In this document: positions 49,040-61,400 of the stretch, one piece after another
Position numbering within the stretch: the stretch's first letter is position 1
Layout of the letters: each line of letters starts with the position of its first letter
Assembly: GCA_964247055.1 (NCBI GenBank)
Contig: OZ176054.1
Coordinates: forward strand, 12,834,001 to 12,898,000
DNA length: 64,000 bases
Source: Paragordius varius
Lineage: Eukaryota; Animalia; Nematomorpha
Reading direction: 5' to 3'
Notes under the pieces: model-generated
What the model saw: only the letters and a program-made list of their open reading frames with translations
Told to the model about the DNA's origin: nothing
Databases searched by the model: none
Program-made: the position numbers and the translations under genes

Positions 49040-49181
49040 CTATAAAATATATAAGGATTAGGATTAGTACAAAGCAAAATCTTAATCAATCTAACAGAAT
49101 TCGAAAGAATTCATATAACCGGTTATATATTAGTTTCTACGCTTTTCAAATTTTTTACCATAAATAGTATCAAATTGATTT

Positions 49182-49405
49182 AAATATAAAATTGAAATTA
49201 AGAGACCAATATTTATATCTAAAAGACAACCAAATATTTTATAATTTTAAAATTTATGAATGATAATATTACCAATTCACTCACTATTTCTAATTTTGTG
49301 AAGATAAGTGTTTAAGCAATCTAGGTTTTAAAAATATGTTTGCCTTTTAGAAAAATTTGTCTTTTAATTTTTTACGTTTTGTCCGTATAATTTCAACTTT
49401 TACTG
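49182..49405. mobile_element. MITE family A, left arm partly deleted
   Basis: Right arm TTTTACGTTTTGTCCGTATAATTTCAACTTTTACTG|TA; internal AAAAGACAACC. Confidence 0.72.
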
Positions 49406-49492
49406 TAGTCAAACCTTTATGAGCTAAGCAAATTTGGAGACTTTTGAATTGGTACATAAGTTAAAAGTCAGAAAAAACAAGAAACATAAACC

Positions 49493-49699
49493 CAGAGGCG
49501 TAGTTAGAGGGGGAAGGGGGGCCGGATTTTTAAAATTTTTAAATTTATTCCAAAAAATAGATGTTTAAAAGTTATTATTTTAAATAATACATAAAAAATG
49601 TCCCCATTTATGAGTGGTCACGACCACGGTTTGAATTTGCTTATTTAAGGGGTCGCATGGAGGGTAAGGGATGCGCCATAAATGTAAGCTACGCCTCTG
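49493..49699. mobile_element. hAT-like MITE (CAGAGGCGTAG termini)
   Basis: 11-bp perfect TIR CAGAGGCGTAG / CTACGCCTCTG; 8-bp flanks CATAAACC / CATTAACC (7/8 TSD). Confidence 0.85.
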
Positions 49700-49987
49700 C
49701 ATTAACCTCTTTATAGGATAATTGGACTTAAATTTCAGGCATGTCAATATAAGAAGAAAAGAGTTTGCCATCGGTTACAATTGTTAAAAAGAGTTATAAA
49801 ACGGCCTTAAATTCAAAATCTATGCTTACATTATATTCAACCCCAAAATTGTTATGGAACCGGTTAAAAAATCATTTTATTTTTGAAAGTAATTTCCCTT
49901 ATTATATAAATTAATTACTATTATGAAACTATTACAAGACATAAGTATACAAGATTTGTAAAGTACATTATATAATGTAATAAATAC

Positions 49988-50305
49988 TTTTTTCAGCGGT
50001 ATAAATATTGTTTAATTTAGGTTTGATGTGATTTTTATCCACGGATCCGTTTACGGTCAACATAATATTATTGCACTGAGAATTTTTATTGAGAAAATGT
50101 AAGGCGGGGTATTGAAAATATATTCTAGGAATCGAAGCCGTTTCAAGATCTTCTAAAACTTGAAAGGGTGTTGTTTTAAGACGAGCCTTTTTCCGACGTA
50201 AGCCAACTCCATTTTTTTGGTATAAATTTTGATAATTTTTATGACAAATTTGACCATTTGAATTGTTGTACGTATTACTATATTGTTTTCTGGGATCTCC
50301 AACAA
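49988..50305 (-). CDS. Candidate upstream coding exon of GRIP (106 codons, phase 1/1)
   Basis: Stop-free frame ...VGDPRKQYSNTYNNSNGQICHKNYQNLYQKNGVGLRRKKARLKTTPFQVLEDLE... bounded by TTTGTAG acceptor and GTATTT donor, in the phase required by GRIP exon 49039. No homology recognised; no upstream ATG exon found. Confidence 0.4.
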
Positions 50306-52049
50306 CTACAAATGGATATTGAAATCGAAATTATAATATATAAAGTCAAAAATGATTAAGGCAGTTTTATAAAAATGACAAAGGGTACATAATAAATTTA
50401 TAGCACGGAAGTGTTTTAACCTATATTTTAGGCAATTTTCTCCTCAAAAAATCTTAATTTTTGAATATAGCAAAATCTAAAAGAGTATAATAACTGTGGT
50501 TTATTCAGTACTTTTTTGCGTTTGCTTATGTATATTTTTATTAGCCTTGACTTGTAAGGTTTAACATTTGAATAATTCTTTTTTTATTAACTTGTTAAAA
50601 TTAAATTAAAGTGAACAATGAAATGGTAAATAAAGTAATAAAAATTTATAATGAAATATATCCGAAACTCGTAAAAAAACTCCTCTATATAGTTAGTATG
50701 ATGTAATTGCATGATTATATAAATTTTAATATTAACCACACTTTTTAAACTTAGTGTGAACCGCATTTAAATTATGAGGTCCTGAAAAATATTAAAAATT
50801 CATTTTAACCTGCATTTTTAAGAAATCAATATATTATTTGAAAAAACTTAAGCAAAATTACACAATTTATAATTGTAATTTAAAAAAATTGTCACCTCTA
50901 GATAGGCTAAATAGAATTTCGGATCTCAATCAAGCAAAAAATTGAATTTGATAGAAATTGAAACGTAAAAAAGACACCAAAAATTATTGAATTCATAAAT
51001 ATGCTGAAAATAATGGAATAATGTCAATTTTAGGAAAAAAAATCACATATTCCTGTTAAATTTATACATACATAGAGTCAAAGTGAAAATTTGGTTTCAC
51101 AGGTGAAAAAATATTAGAAATGTTAAAATGTTAAAGGAATACAATGCAGCACGGAATGACAAAAGATTTTCTATTGCTCTTTAAAGCAGTTATCGTGACT
51201 CTCTCTGGTTAATAAATGTAATTTTATATTCCTGTTATTTTCTTTTGTGGCATGAAAATATAGAACGTTTAGAAAAAATGAACAATTAAGGTATGATATG
51301 AATATTTTAGCGTGATATATCAAATTTTTATACATGGGGATTCAAAATTTATTTAAAAAATAATTAATAATTATAAAAATAAAGATATTTTGGGTGTTTA
51401 TTCCGTGTTCAGAATATATATATAAATTAAATTAGGCCAATGTTTGATTAAAAAATTTAAGTATTTAAAAACATTTTTTCTCAAAATAATGTTTAAAAAT
51501 TAACGAAGTCGGGATATAAATATCAAAAAAATAAATTGTTACTTAAATCAGTTGTCGGTATTTTTAGCAAATGATTTATCACACAAATATGTCAGAAATC
51601 GCAAAGTTAAGTTTCAAAAACACAATTTTTCAGGAGCTAGGATTTTATAAATTACTTATATTGATTTAACAAAAAAAACCTTATTTTATAATTAATTATC
51701 ATGTAACATGATTAATTTTGGTTAACTCTTTAAGAAGAATAACTTTAATGTTTTAGTTGCTAAGTACAAAACACAGTATGATGTAAAAGAATTAGTTTTA
51801 TAAGTACTTTTTATATTTATCAATTAATAACTATATATATAATTTGATAAATCAAAATTAATTATATATTGATTTATGAATCCATATTTTGGTGTGGTAT
51901 CTCTACTAAATTTTTATATATGATAAATTATCATTTTAAAAAAATGTTAGAATCTCAGAATGAGATATGTATGAGAATTCCCGAATAACGCGACGTTGGC
52001 GTGACAAATTCGCATGCAATTATATATGAAGAAATAGATATTTAACGTA

Positions 52050-52206
52050 CAGTAGCGTAAGGCATAAAACAATGTTTGTTCAAAAAAGAATAAAATTTTT
52101 TTTTTAAAAACAAGGGGTTATTTGTAGTATATACAACTAGGCTTGTTTTTTAAAAAAAAATTTAATTCTTTTATGGACTAATATTGTTTTATGCCATACG
52201 CTACTG
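52050..52206. mobile_element. MITE family C (near-complete hairpin, TA|CAGTAGCGTA termini)
   Basis: TA|CAGTAGCGTAAGGCATAAAACAAT ... ATTGTTTTATGCCATACGCTACTG|TA; ~65-bp arms, ~25-nt loop. Confidence 0.85.
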
Positions 52207-54494
52207 TAAATTTTTTCATAAAATGTTTTTATTTGGCATTTTAAAAGGATTTTTTGTTCTGTTCTGTGAACTGAATTTATAGTTAGGTTATTTGATATAT
52301 ATATATATATATATATATTATTAAATCATACCTTATCTAAAATACCTGTTTCTCACCTATGTAATTATATATGTACATATTGATTAATTTTTATTTTTAA
52401 CACCTTTGTAACTTTTATATGATAATTTCTAAATTTCTCACGATATTATATAGAAGAGGATGGAATATAAAAAAATAGAAAAATATTTTTTTATAAAAAA
52501 TTAAAATTGGATTCTCAGATTTTTTTGAAAAAATAAATTTTAAATTAAAATTATAAATTTATATATTTTTGTGGCCATACAGGCAGGATATTATATTATA
52601 ACATTTGGTGTGATATTTCATGCAGAGAATGTATTTTATATTTTATAAATTAATAATAAATGTAAGGTGTTTCCGGGCCAATGATTTATCAGTAAATAAA
52701 TAAAAAAATATTAAATAAAATAAAAAAAATAAATATATAAATTGATAAAATTAAATTCGATATATATTAAAATATTGTTGATAAATTATGACAAGCAATA
52801 TGAATTGGGTAAAAATTAACCCTCTGAGATATACTTAAAATTTATAAAGAATTGACTTATTTAGATTGAATCAAACAAATCAAACATCTAAAAGTTAAAA
52901 TCTTAGGAACTAAAAATCAAATCATGAGAGTTAAGTAAACTTATAGTTGGTTGTTACAAAAAATCATTTGTAAGATAGGAGGTTTATCAAAAAAAAATTT
53001 TGTATATATGAAAAGTTAATGATTGAACACATGATATTAATAAAAAAAAGATAAAATACTAACCCTTTTCCCTTGCAGAATTCGTTTGATAGTGATGGAA
53101 TTGAGAATTCCGTTTCTGAGTATCCCAAAAAGTGCAGAGATCTCGAATTTTCATAATTTCTTTTGCGTTTTCAAATTATCAATCCAATCATCAATAAGGG
53201 TTATTTTATGGTTAAGTTTTCACATATTTGAAAGTATAATTTAGTATTTTGCGTTGACTAAACAGAATAAAGGTAAGAAGATAAAGTATACAAAATCATT
53301 ATTATATATAATTTTCAGTATTATCTTATCTAAAGGTTAAGCCCGTAGGGATAAGAAGAAAAATCGGCCCCGGTCGAAATATAAAAGATGATTTCAGAGT
53401 TGATTAAAAAATTTAGATATGACTGAATTAAGTTAGTAATATATTAAAATATAATAATATATAATTTTTTGTGAATTTATATACATAGTAAGTAATGTTA
53501 CATTTTCAGTTTTGGAAAAGGGATTTTTTTGCATTCGATATATATATATACATGATCTGAACTTTAGCACAAACCATGCAGAAGAGTTACAAAAAAATTA
53601 TTATCAGTTCCTTGCAATCTTTCAAATGAAACAAAAAAAATGTGAAATATATTTCAATTTATATTTTATTGATAAGATATTTATCTCTATATCGCTAATT
53701 GAATACAGGTATAATTTACGAAAAAAAATAATTTTGGAAAAATAAAATTGATTGTTTTAAAGTTTAGATTATATGGATATGATTTTGGTTAAAATCTAAA
53801 TATTTAAAATTTATGCACTTTTAACAAAATGAACTCATCAATATAAGAGGAAAGGAATGGTTTCACGCTATTATATTTTAAATGTTATAAAGAATGCTAT
53901 ATAATTGCCCCATGGTTGCATCTGCGAATTAAATTAAATGGTTTAGGAATTTTACAACATGCTTTCCGCAAATCATTTGAGAAATAAATATAAATTTGGA
54001 TAAAATGATATTACAGGATTACTATGATTTTGCATAATTTTTATTATATTAACCAATAAACGGAAAAAAAACTAAAGTTATGTTAGCAGTGACATTTTTA
54101 GTGGAAATTTTATATCTATCTAAATTTATTTCGGTAAATAATTGCGGTGATTATCAATAAAATCGGCCAAAAAGCTTTATTTAAGCAAAAACTAAGATAT
54201 CATACCAAAGCTTAGATCGAAATTTCAGGACCTTAATATATTTTAAATAGGGTATGTAAGGTTTTATAACATTTAGACTTTAGAGTTTCATTATTTACTG
54301 AGATTATTTTGTTGCTCCTTATTAAATGAAAAATTGCAACATTTAAAACTTATTAATTTCACGGCCATATGTGTATAACATCCATGCATTCATCGATTGA
54401 CCTGAAATGTAATCCACCTGGTTAATTTTTAAGTAGGGACCAAAAGCTCAAGTTTAATGTTAGAAAATTATAATAAAGTTACTCCGTAAATTAT

Positions 54495-54850
54495 ATTTTA
54501 AATTGAAATTATACAGTCGCGAATTTTATTTATTCTATGACACGTTTTAAATAAATTGTCTTATTTTTAATATACTATTCACGTGTCGAAAATATTTTAT
54601 ATTCTTCAAAGTAAAAGCATAAAGACAAATATTTTATTTTCCAAAGACCGCCATCCTTATTTAAACATGATTTTAAAATATAACTCATTGTTTAATGTAA
54701 AATAAATTAGTTAATAAATAATTATGTCGGAAAAAGAGTTTGAACTAATAGAGCGATCTTGTGAAAAAAAACATTTGAATTTATGTTTTTACGTTTTGTC
54801 TGAGTTATGTGGGGAAATCAAGGTTTAATAATAAAGTATGGTTGTCTTTA
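54495..54850. mobile_element. MITE family A, rearranged/decayed
   Basis: AAATTGAAATTATACAG, AAAGACAAATATTTT, ATATAACTCATTG, TTTTACGTTTTGTC, AAAGTATGGTTGTCTTT present but out of register. Confidence 0.5.
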
Positions 54851-55090
54851 TGTATAACGTATCTGGCCTGACTACCTATAAATGCAGTTATTCACAGTCA
54901 GACAATAAATTATACTAGTGCTTTGTATATTAAGCAAATACTTGCAAAATTAAATCATTTTAGCTGCTTTATAAACATTTTGCATAAAAAAGTTCCAAAA
55001 ATATATTTGATTGATTTACACCAAGTAGTTTTTTATGTAATATTCTAAATATTTAGGATAGATCAAGGGAGAATTTTGGCAAAGGCTTTA

Positions 55091-55254
55091 CAGTAGCCTA
55101 TGGCATAAAACATTATTGGTCCATAAAAGACTAGTATAAGTTTTTTTAAAAAAAACAAGCCTAGTTATATATACTCATATTCATATTCTATTGTTTTAAC
55201 AAAAACATTTTTTTTCTTTTATAGACTAATATTGTTTTATGCTATACACTACTG
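55091..55254. mobile_element. MITE family C
   Basis: TA|CAGTAGCCTATGGCATAAAAC ... GTTTTATGCTATACACTACTG|TA. Confidence 0.85.
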
Positions 55255-56567
55255 TAACAGCATTAAGAAAAATATATACTAGTATTTTTTAAACTTTTGT
55301 TTTTTTGTATCATAATAACCTCTATTTGATTCCAATTATATATTTTTAATAAAATTAATATAATAATTTTCTAATTAATCAACTAATTATTACCATTATG
55401 CTAACGAGTATAAATGGGTTTATAGGTGAATTTAAATAGAAAAATATTTACGGGTAAAGTGTACGATTTCACGCTCATTATGCATTATTGGGGAAAAAAA
55501 ATAATTTTAAAAATTTGAAAAAATGCCGATTTGATATTCTTAATTAAATAACTTTTCCAAAATAAACCTAACTATTCTTTACTTGAATAAATAAAAGTGA
55601 TTTAAAAAAACTTTTTTAACCGCTATTTTTGAATAGGTTAAAGTTCCAAGGTTATGTAAAATATAACGACCGTTGCGATTACAAAACAAGAAAGTAAAAA
55701 TTAAATAAAAAATTAGAAAAAATAAAAATATTTTAGTGTATATAAATATTTTTAAAGGCAATATAATTAAATACTTTTGATCGAATTCAGAATATTTTTG
55801 GGCAAAAGACAATACCATAAATAAAGGAATCTTAAAACAAAAATAATTTATTTTAATATATGTTATAGGGATTCGCACATAGCGCTTTCTAACTTTTTTT
55901 CAAAAGTAACATATCGATGTGAAATTGGAACAATATACTACGTAAAATTATCATTAGAAATTAATTTTAAAGATGCTTTTTTTGCTAATAGATATCTCTA
56001 TATCTATATATATTTTTGATATAACAAGACGTATGGAACAGAGAAACAAAAATATATATATTAATAAAATATTGATATAAATATTATGTAATTATATATA
56101 TATATATATATATATATACTTTTAATTTGGGGTCAAGTAGTATCTCTAGATTACATATTCTAAGAATCCTTTTTGATTACAGAATATATAAAACTTTGAT
56201 ATATAAGCGCATTGTTTAAAATTTCATATGATATATATCCTTCCTCAAGAATGCAAATGCAATGAAAAATATTAGAATATTTCAAGAAAATATAAAAATA
56301 TAAATCGCGGATATCAAAAAATCCTGGGGTTTTTGCAGAATTTCCGATTTTAAAATTAGTACAAATTATATCAGATCTTATGCATATCAATCACAAACAG
56401 ACATCCACAAATATATATATCCAATCATTTTATATATATTACAAAATACAGAAAAAATTGTATAATATAAAAATATATTAATCTAATATCCCTTTACGCG
56501 TATACATAGATATGTTATACTTATACAAAGGTTTGTTTTGTGGTTTTATAATATTTTTTATCATATG

Positions 56568-56687
56568 CAGTAGCGTATGGTAAAAAACAACAATTGGTGC
56601 TGGATTTAAACAATTTTATCTATGTTTAACACAGTAATATTGTTTATTTAATAATAGATGAAGCTTGTTTTATAGCATACGTTACTG
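56568..56687. mobile_element. MITE family C, internally deleted
   Basis: CAGTAGCGTATGGTAAAAAAC ... GTTTTATAGCATACGTTACTG|TA. Confidence 0.75.
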
Positions 56688-57885
56688 TATTAGGATATAT
56701 TTATTAATATGCAGATTAATTTAAATATCCACTATTTATAAAGTATATATATATATATATATATGTATGTAAGGTTATATAAAATTTAAATTTTTACGAT
56801 ATCAAACAGAAAAAAATGTTATAAATAAATGATAAATGCCACCATGCACAGGAAGAGAGATTTTTACTATATTAAACCAGAAAAAATTATTTAATCAAAA
56901 TGTGTTGATTTAAATTATATTATATTATAAATTATTTACACTTTTTTAATTAAAAATAATATATTTTTTCTAAATATAAATACTGATCCTTAATTCTAGA
57001 TCTGCAGGCGTGATTTTTTACAATTTATATTAGTCACCGGAATTATAAAAATAAAATCATGCATAAACATGATTTTTATGTCAATTATATTTGTGTGTAA
57101 AAATAAATTATTTTTGATAAGGTTAATTTTATTTTTAATAAATTATCATGATAATAAATTGTTTATAATAAAACGTATATATTTATATTTACAAGTGTCC
57201 TAAAATAATTAATTTTAATTAAAAAAAATTTTTTCACAAATTAAAAATAATTAAAATTAGTATTTTACCTCAGTTTGGTTTTTTTTGTAATTTCAAGTGA
57301 GCATTGTTTGTTTGTTTGTTTAATAATAAAATTTAATCCTATTATAAATTTTTTATTGAATTATAACATCAACAGTTTTTTATTATCCAATATATAAAAG
57401 TTAAAAAATAGGCATTATAAAAAAATTTTATTTGTCGGCACATAAAAACATGAAAAAGGAATTAAAATAAAAAAAAATAAAAAATTAAAAATATATGGAT
57501 CGTAATCAATTTTTATACCACCTAAGTATATCTAGAAAGATATAAATCATTAAAATTTTATATGTAATTTTTTACATTTTTAAATTTTTGGGTTGCAACA
57601 CAGAAATTTTAAGTTATATTTTAAAATAATTTTTGTATCAGCTGATTTTAAGCATATTTGATATTTTTTGTCCGTATTAGAGAATTCTAAATTATGATAA
57701 ACAAATAAAGTTCGAAACAAATACAAATATTTTTTAAATTTGATAAGAAAACGAAACATCTATATTAAAATAAATTCAATCTCTGTAATATTCGATAATA
57801 ATTTTAGGCAAAAAAAAGATTTACATAGCAATACAAGAAAATAGAATAGATTTAGGCAATTATTGTGTTGCACATGTCTCATATA

Positions 57886-58054
57886 CAGTAGCGTATGGCA
57901 TAAAACAAAATTAATCCATAAAAGAATAAAAAAATGTTTTTAAAAAAACAAGGGCATATTATGGATAGGTGTATATACACCTAGGCCTGGTTATTTAAAT
58001 AAACATTTTTATATTCTTTTCTGGACGAATAATGTTTTATACCATACGCTACTG
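57886..58054. mobile_element. MITE family C
   Basis: TA|CAGTAGCGTATGGCATAAAAC ... GTTTTATACCATACGCTACTG|TA. Confidence 0.87.
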
Positions 58055-58409
58055 TATGTATGCACAACATTACACATGCGCGCAGGAATTATATTTTTTG
58101 TATTTAAATATGGCACGTGTGGGTCTTTGTATATAATTCATTTTTTTACCTGTACATTTTTTTAATGAGACTTCTGGAATAAAATATTATTAATTATCAA
58201 TTTTAGAAGTCATTGAGTTATCAATAAAAGTTATAAAATCAAAATATATCTATACATTGTTTTTAGACACCTGTTTCAATACAAAGTCAGTTTATGTGGT
58301 GTTAAAAGTATAATGTAAATGTTTCAATATCAAGAATTTTTTTTTAAACAATAATTTTATTTATTTCAAATTACATCACAGAATAGAGGACATTAAATGG
58401 ATCCATAAT

Positions 58410-61400
58410 TCAATCATTAGAATTTTGTGGCCTAAAACAAATACATAAATTTGTCATGAAGGGTGATGTGTTTGATTTAGTTTTTGATTTTTTGACATTT
58501 TTATTGTTGTTTTCTCCAAATTGATGTTTGGAGCCTTCTGGGGGAGTCTTGAACTTAACGCGTGATCCTATATTATCTTCTTGACTATAAAAGATTCAAA
58601 ATATTCCTATAAAATTAGAGATCGGAACCGTCATGAACCAATACACGGTTTTTGGATTTTCAATTATAGCTTTATTGTTTATTCAATATTTGTTTGGATT
58701 TTCAAATATAGCTTTATTGTATAATATGTCACATTGTATGTAGGGTATAAATTGTAATTATACGGACAAAATGTAAAAAATATTTTTTTTCAAAAGACCG
58801 CTGTACTTTTTAAAACTTGATTTTTTAATATAAATCATTGTATATTTGTAGTATGTAATAAAGATGTAAATTGGAAACAACAATAAATTATGGATTTTAT
58901 ATATTTAAGTAATATACATAGAAAAATTAAGGTTTACGAAAATATGGTCTCTTTTTAGTAAAAAGCCTGTCATAATTTTACGTTTTGTTTGTATCATTTT
59001 TGAATGTTATTAGGCTATATATAAATCTAAATAACTGAACCATTTTTGGCAAAAAACTATTTCGAATCCCATAAACAATCCCACTTTCCAAACTCAGAAT
59101 AAAAATCAATTAATAGTATTAAAATTCTGAAATGACTTGATGAGTTTCAATAAGAAAATTTTATTTTCCTTAAAAACTTATATTCAACTAAATGCTATTT
59201 TACTAGTGCATCAATCAAATAGAGTGGATGCGATTTCTAAATTTTAACCTTATACTATTTGTTTAAAATAATGCAGTTAAGGACATGACTTTATTCAAAT
59301 CATTATTAATGATTTCTATTTTCTCCATACTCTTATTTTTCCATTATTCACGTCCATTTCTATCCATTTTAATTAAAAATATCCTTTTACCATTTGAATA
59401 TTCATACCTTACAAGCTCATCACTTTTCATTGGATTGTAGGAGGGAAATCCTGATTCGAGTCCCCCACCCACACTCCGATCTAACATAACAGCCCTTGTA
59501 GTGAAATCTTCGAATCCGGATTCTTCTTTAGAGTGCTTTTTCTGTTGCTGTTGTCTTTTATTGGCAAAAAAATCCATGTAATTTTTATCATGTCCAACCA
59601 TATTGTTGTCTACATTATTCATGTTTTGCCCCATTAAATTTTTATTTGCAGGCATTACTGGCCATGCTAAATCACTCGATGCCGATTGACCTATTCGTTT
59701 TTCATCTAAACCCTGTTTTTGTTTTATAATTTCAAATGAATATCTTACGAAAGGATATTTTAAATTTATTACAGTTTATTTCAAAAAATACTTTTTAGAA
59801 AATTACAAATTTTTTAGCGGACGCCATCTTTATAGTAAATATTAAACATTAAAAAAAATCTCCATAATATGTTAAATACTTTTTAGTTTAAAAATCAGAG
59901 GTTTTTTAACGGAAAGCGCCATCCTATTATAAGTTGGAAATCAAAGTGGTAGAGATAGGTTACCTACTAGTTAGAGATTTGAAAATTAGTGTATCCTACT
60001 TATCAATACCATTAAGTTGGGGGTTTTAATTATTAAATAGAAAAATTATATTTAAAGGGCTTGGACCCAGAATTACATGAAACCAGTGGGTTCCTTAAGC
60101 AATACATGAAACCAGAATCCGGTTCCTGAGTTTCAACAAAAACAGGTTTTGTTGGGTTCAGGAACCACCCCGGTTTCCTTTTTAAATTCCCAGTTCTAGT
60201 TCCACTTTTTTTGAACCGGTTCGAAGCCCTGATTAAAGACTTTTTTCCACCTACCACATTTTGCATATCTTGTTTCACATCATCGGCATAGTAATAAGCG
60301 GAAGTAGAAATGTTTGATGATTTTGGTTCCATATTGGTTGTTGATATTTCTGGCGAGGAAGGTAATTTCCCACTCCAATCAAACATATAATCATATTCCC
60401 AACCATAATTTTGCAATAATGTTTCAAATAATTGTTTAAGGTAGGCATAATCTGGCGTTTCGACAAAATCAAGGCCCCTGGCATAACGAACCAAAATTTT
60501 GAATTCTTCGGGCAAACCCGAACATAGAGTATCCGGATCAATATCTCGTTTCATTTCAGCAATCTTACGGTATTTTTGTTTGGATGATTCGGTTTTGATT
60601 AACTTTAAGCCTGTACTTGTGGATATTGCATCAAAAATATATATTAGAGATTTTGGATGAATTTTACACTAATCATTGAAATTATACGGACTAAACCTAA
60701 AAATATAAAGATAAATATATTTTTTAAAAGACAGCCAGCCACTTTTTTAATCTTGAATTTGTAAATTTTATAATAATTGTTAAAGATTGCAAAGTATGAT
60801 ATGGAAATATATATTGATAACACAATTCACTTTTTAAATTTTGTTTATAACTAATTTATAAAATTTATTGATTTAAAAAGAATGGTTGTCTTTTAAAAAA
60901 ATATTTTTGCCTTTATATTTTTACTTTTTGTCTCTATAATTTCAGTTTTTACTGTATCTGAATAAATATTTACCTTGCCAAGGCAAGGAACCCTTTAGAA
61001 AATATAGGAACATGTAGGCAAGTCCTTCAAGATCATCCCTCCGACTCTGTTCTATTCCAAAATGCGTGTTAACGGACATATATCGGGCAGTTCCAGTCAT
61101 TGGTTTCAGTTCACGGTATTTAATGTGTTTACCTAATATACGAGATAGTTGACAATAAAATTTAAATTTTTATTTCATTGAAGAGTTACAGTAAAAATGA
61201 AATTAAACAGACAAAAACGTAAAAATATAAGGACAAACATTTATTTCAAAAGACAACCATACTCTTTTAAACCGTGATTTTTCCCACATAAGTTTCTAAT
61301 TAAAACTTTTATATTATGTTGCCAATTTACATCTATAATAATTTGCCGTTAATACAATCAGTTATATTCGAAAAATCAAGGTATGAAAAAGTATGGTAGT

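Noticed and set aside
58651-58720. 28-bp direct repeat with a 42-bp period in CK1g intron 5 (and a ~55-bp repeat at ~15705/16458)
   Set aside because: Ordinary local duplications with no further structure.
59344-59407. ORF-track stop at 59344 as the CK1g C-terminus
   Set aside because: An AG|GTATGA donor at 59407 joins in phase to exon 58584-58410, which supplies the gamma-type Cys motif.
59815-59930. CGCCATCTT/CGCCATCCT YY1/Pho-like motifs as a Polycomb response element
   Set aside because: Only two short motifs in an intron; such GCCAT strings are common in DNA-transposon remnants and no GAGA clusters accompany them.
60213-60231. GGTTCGAAGCCC as a tRNA B-box/T-loop
   Set aside because: It is the terminal inverted repeat of the hAT-like MITE; no A-box or cloverleaf is present.
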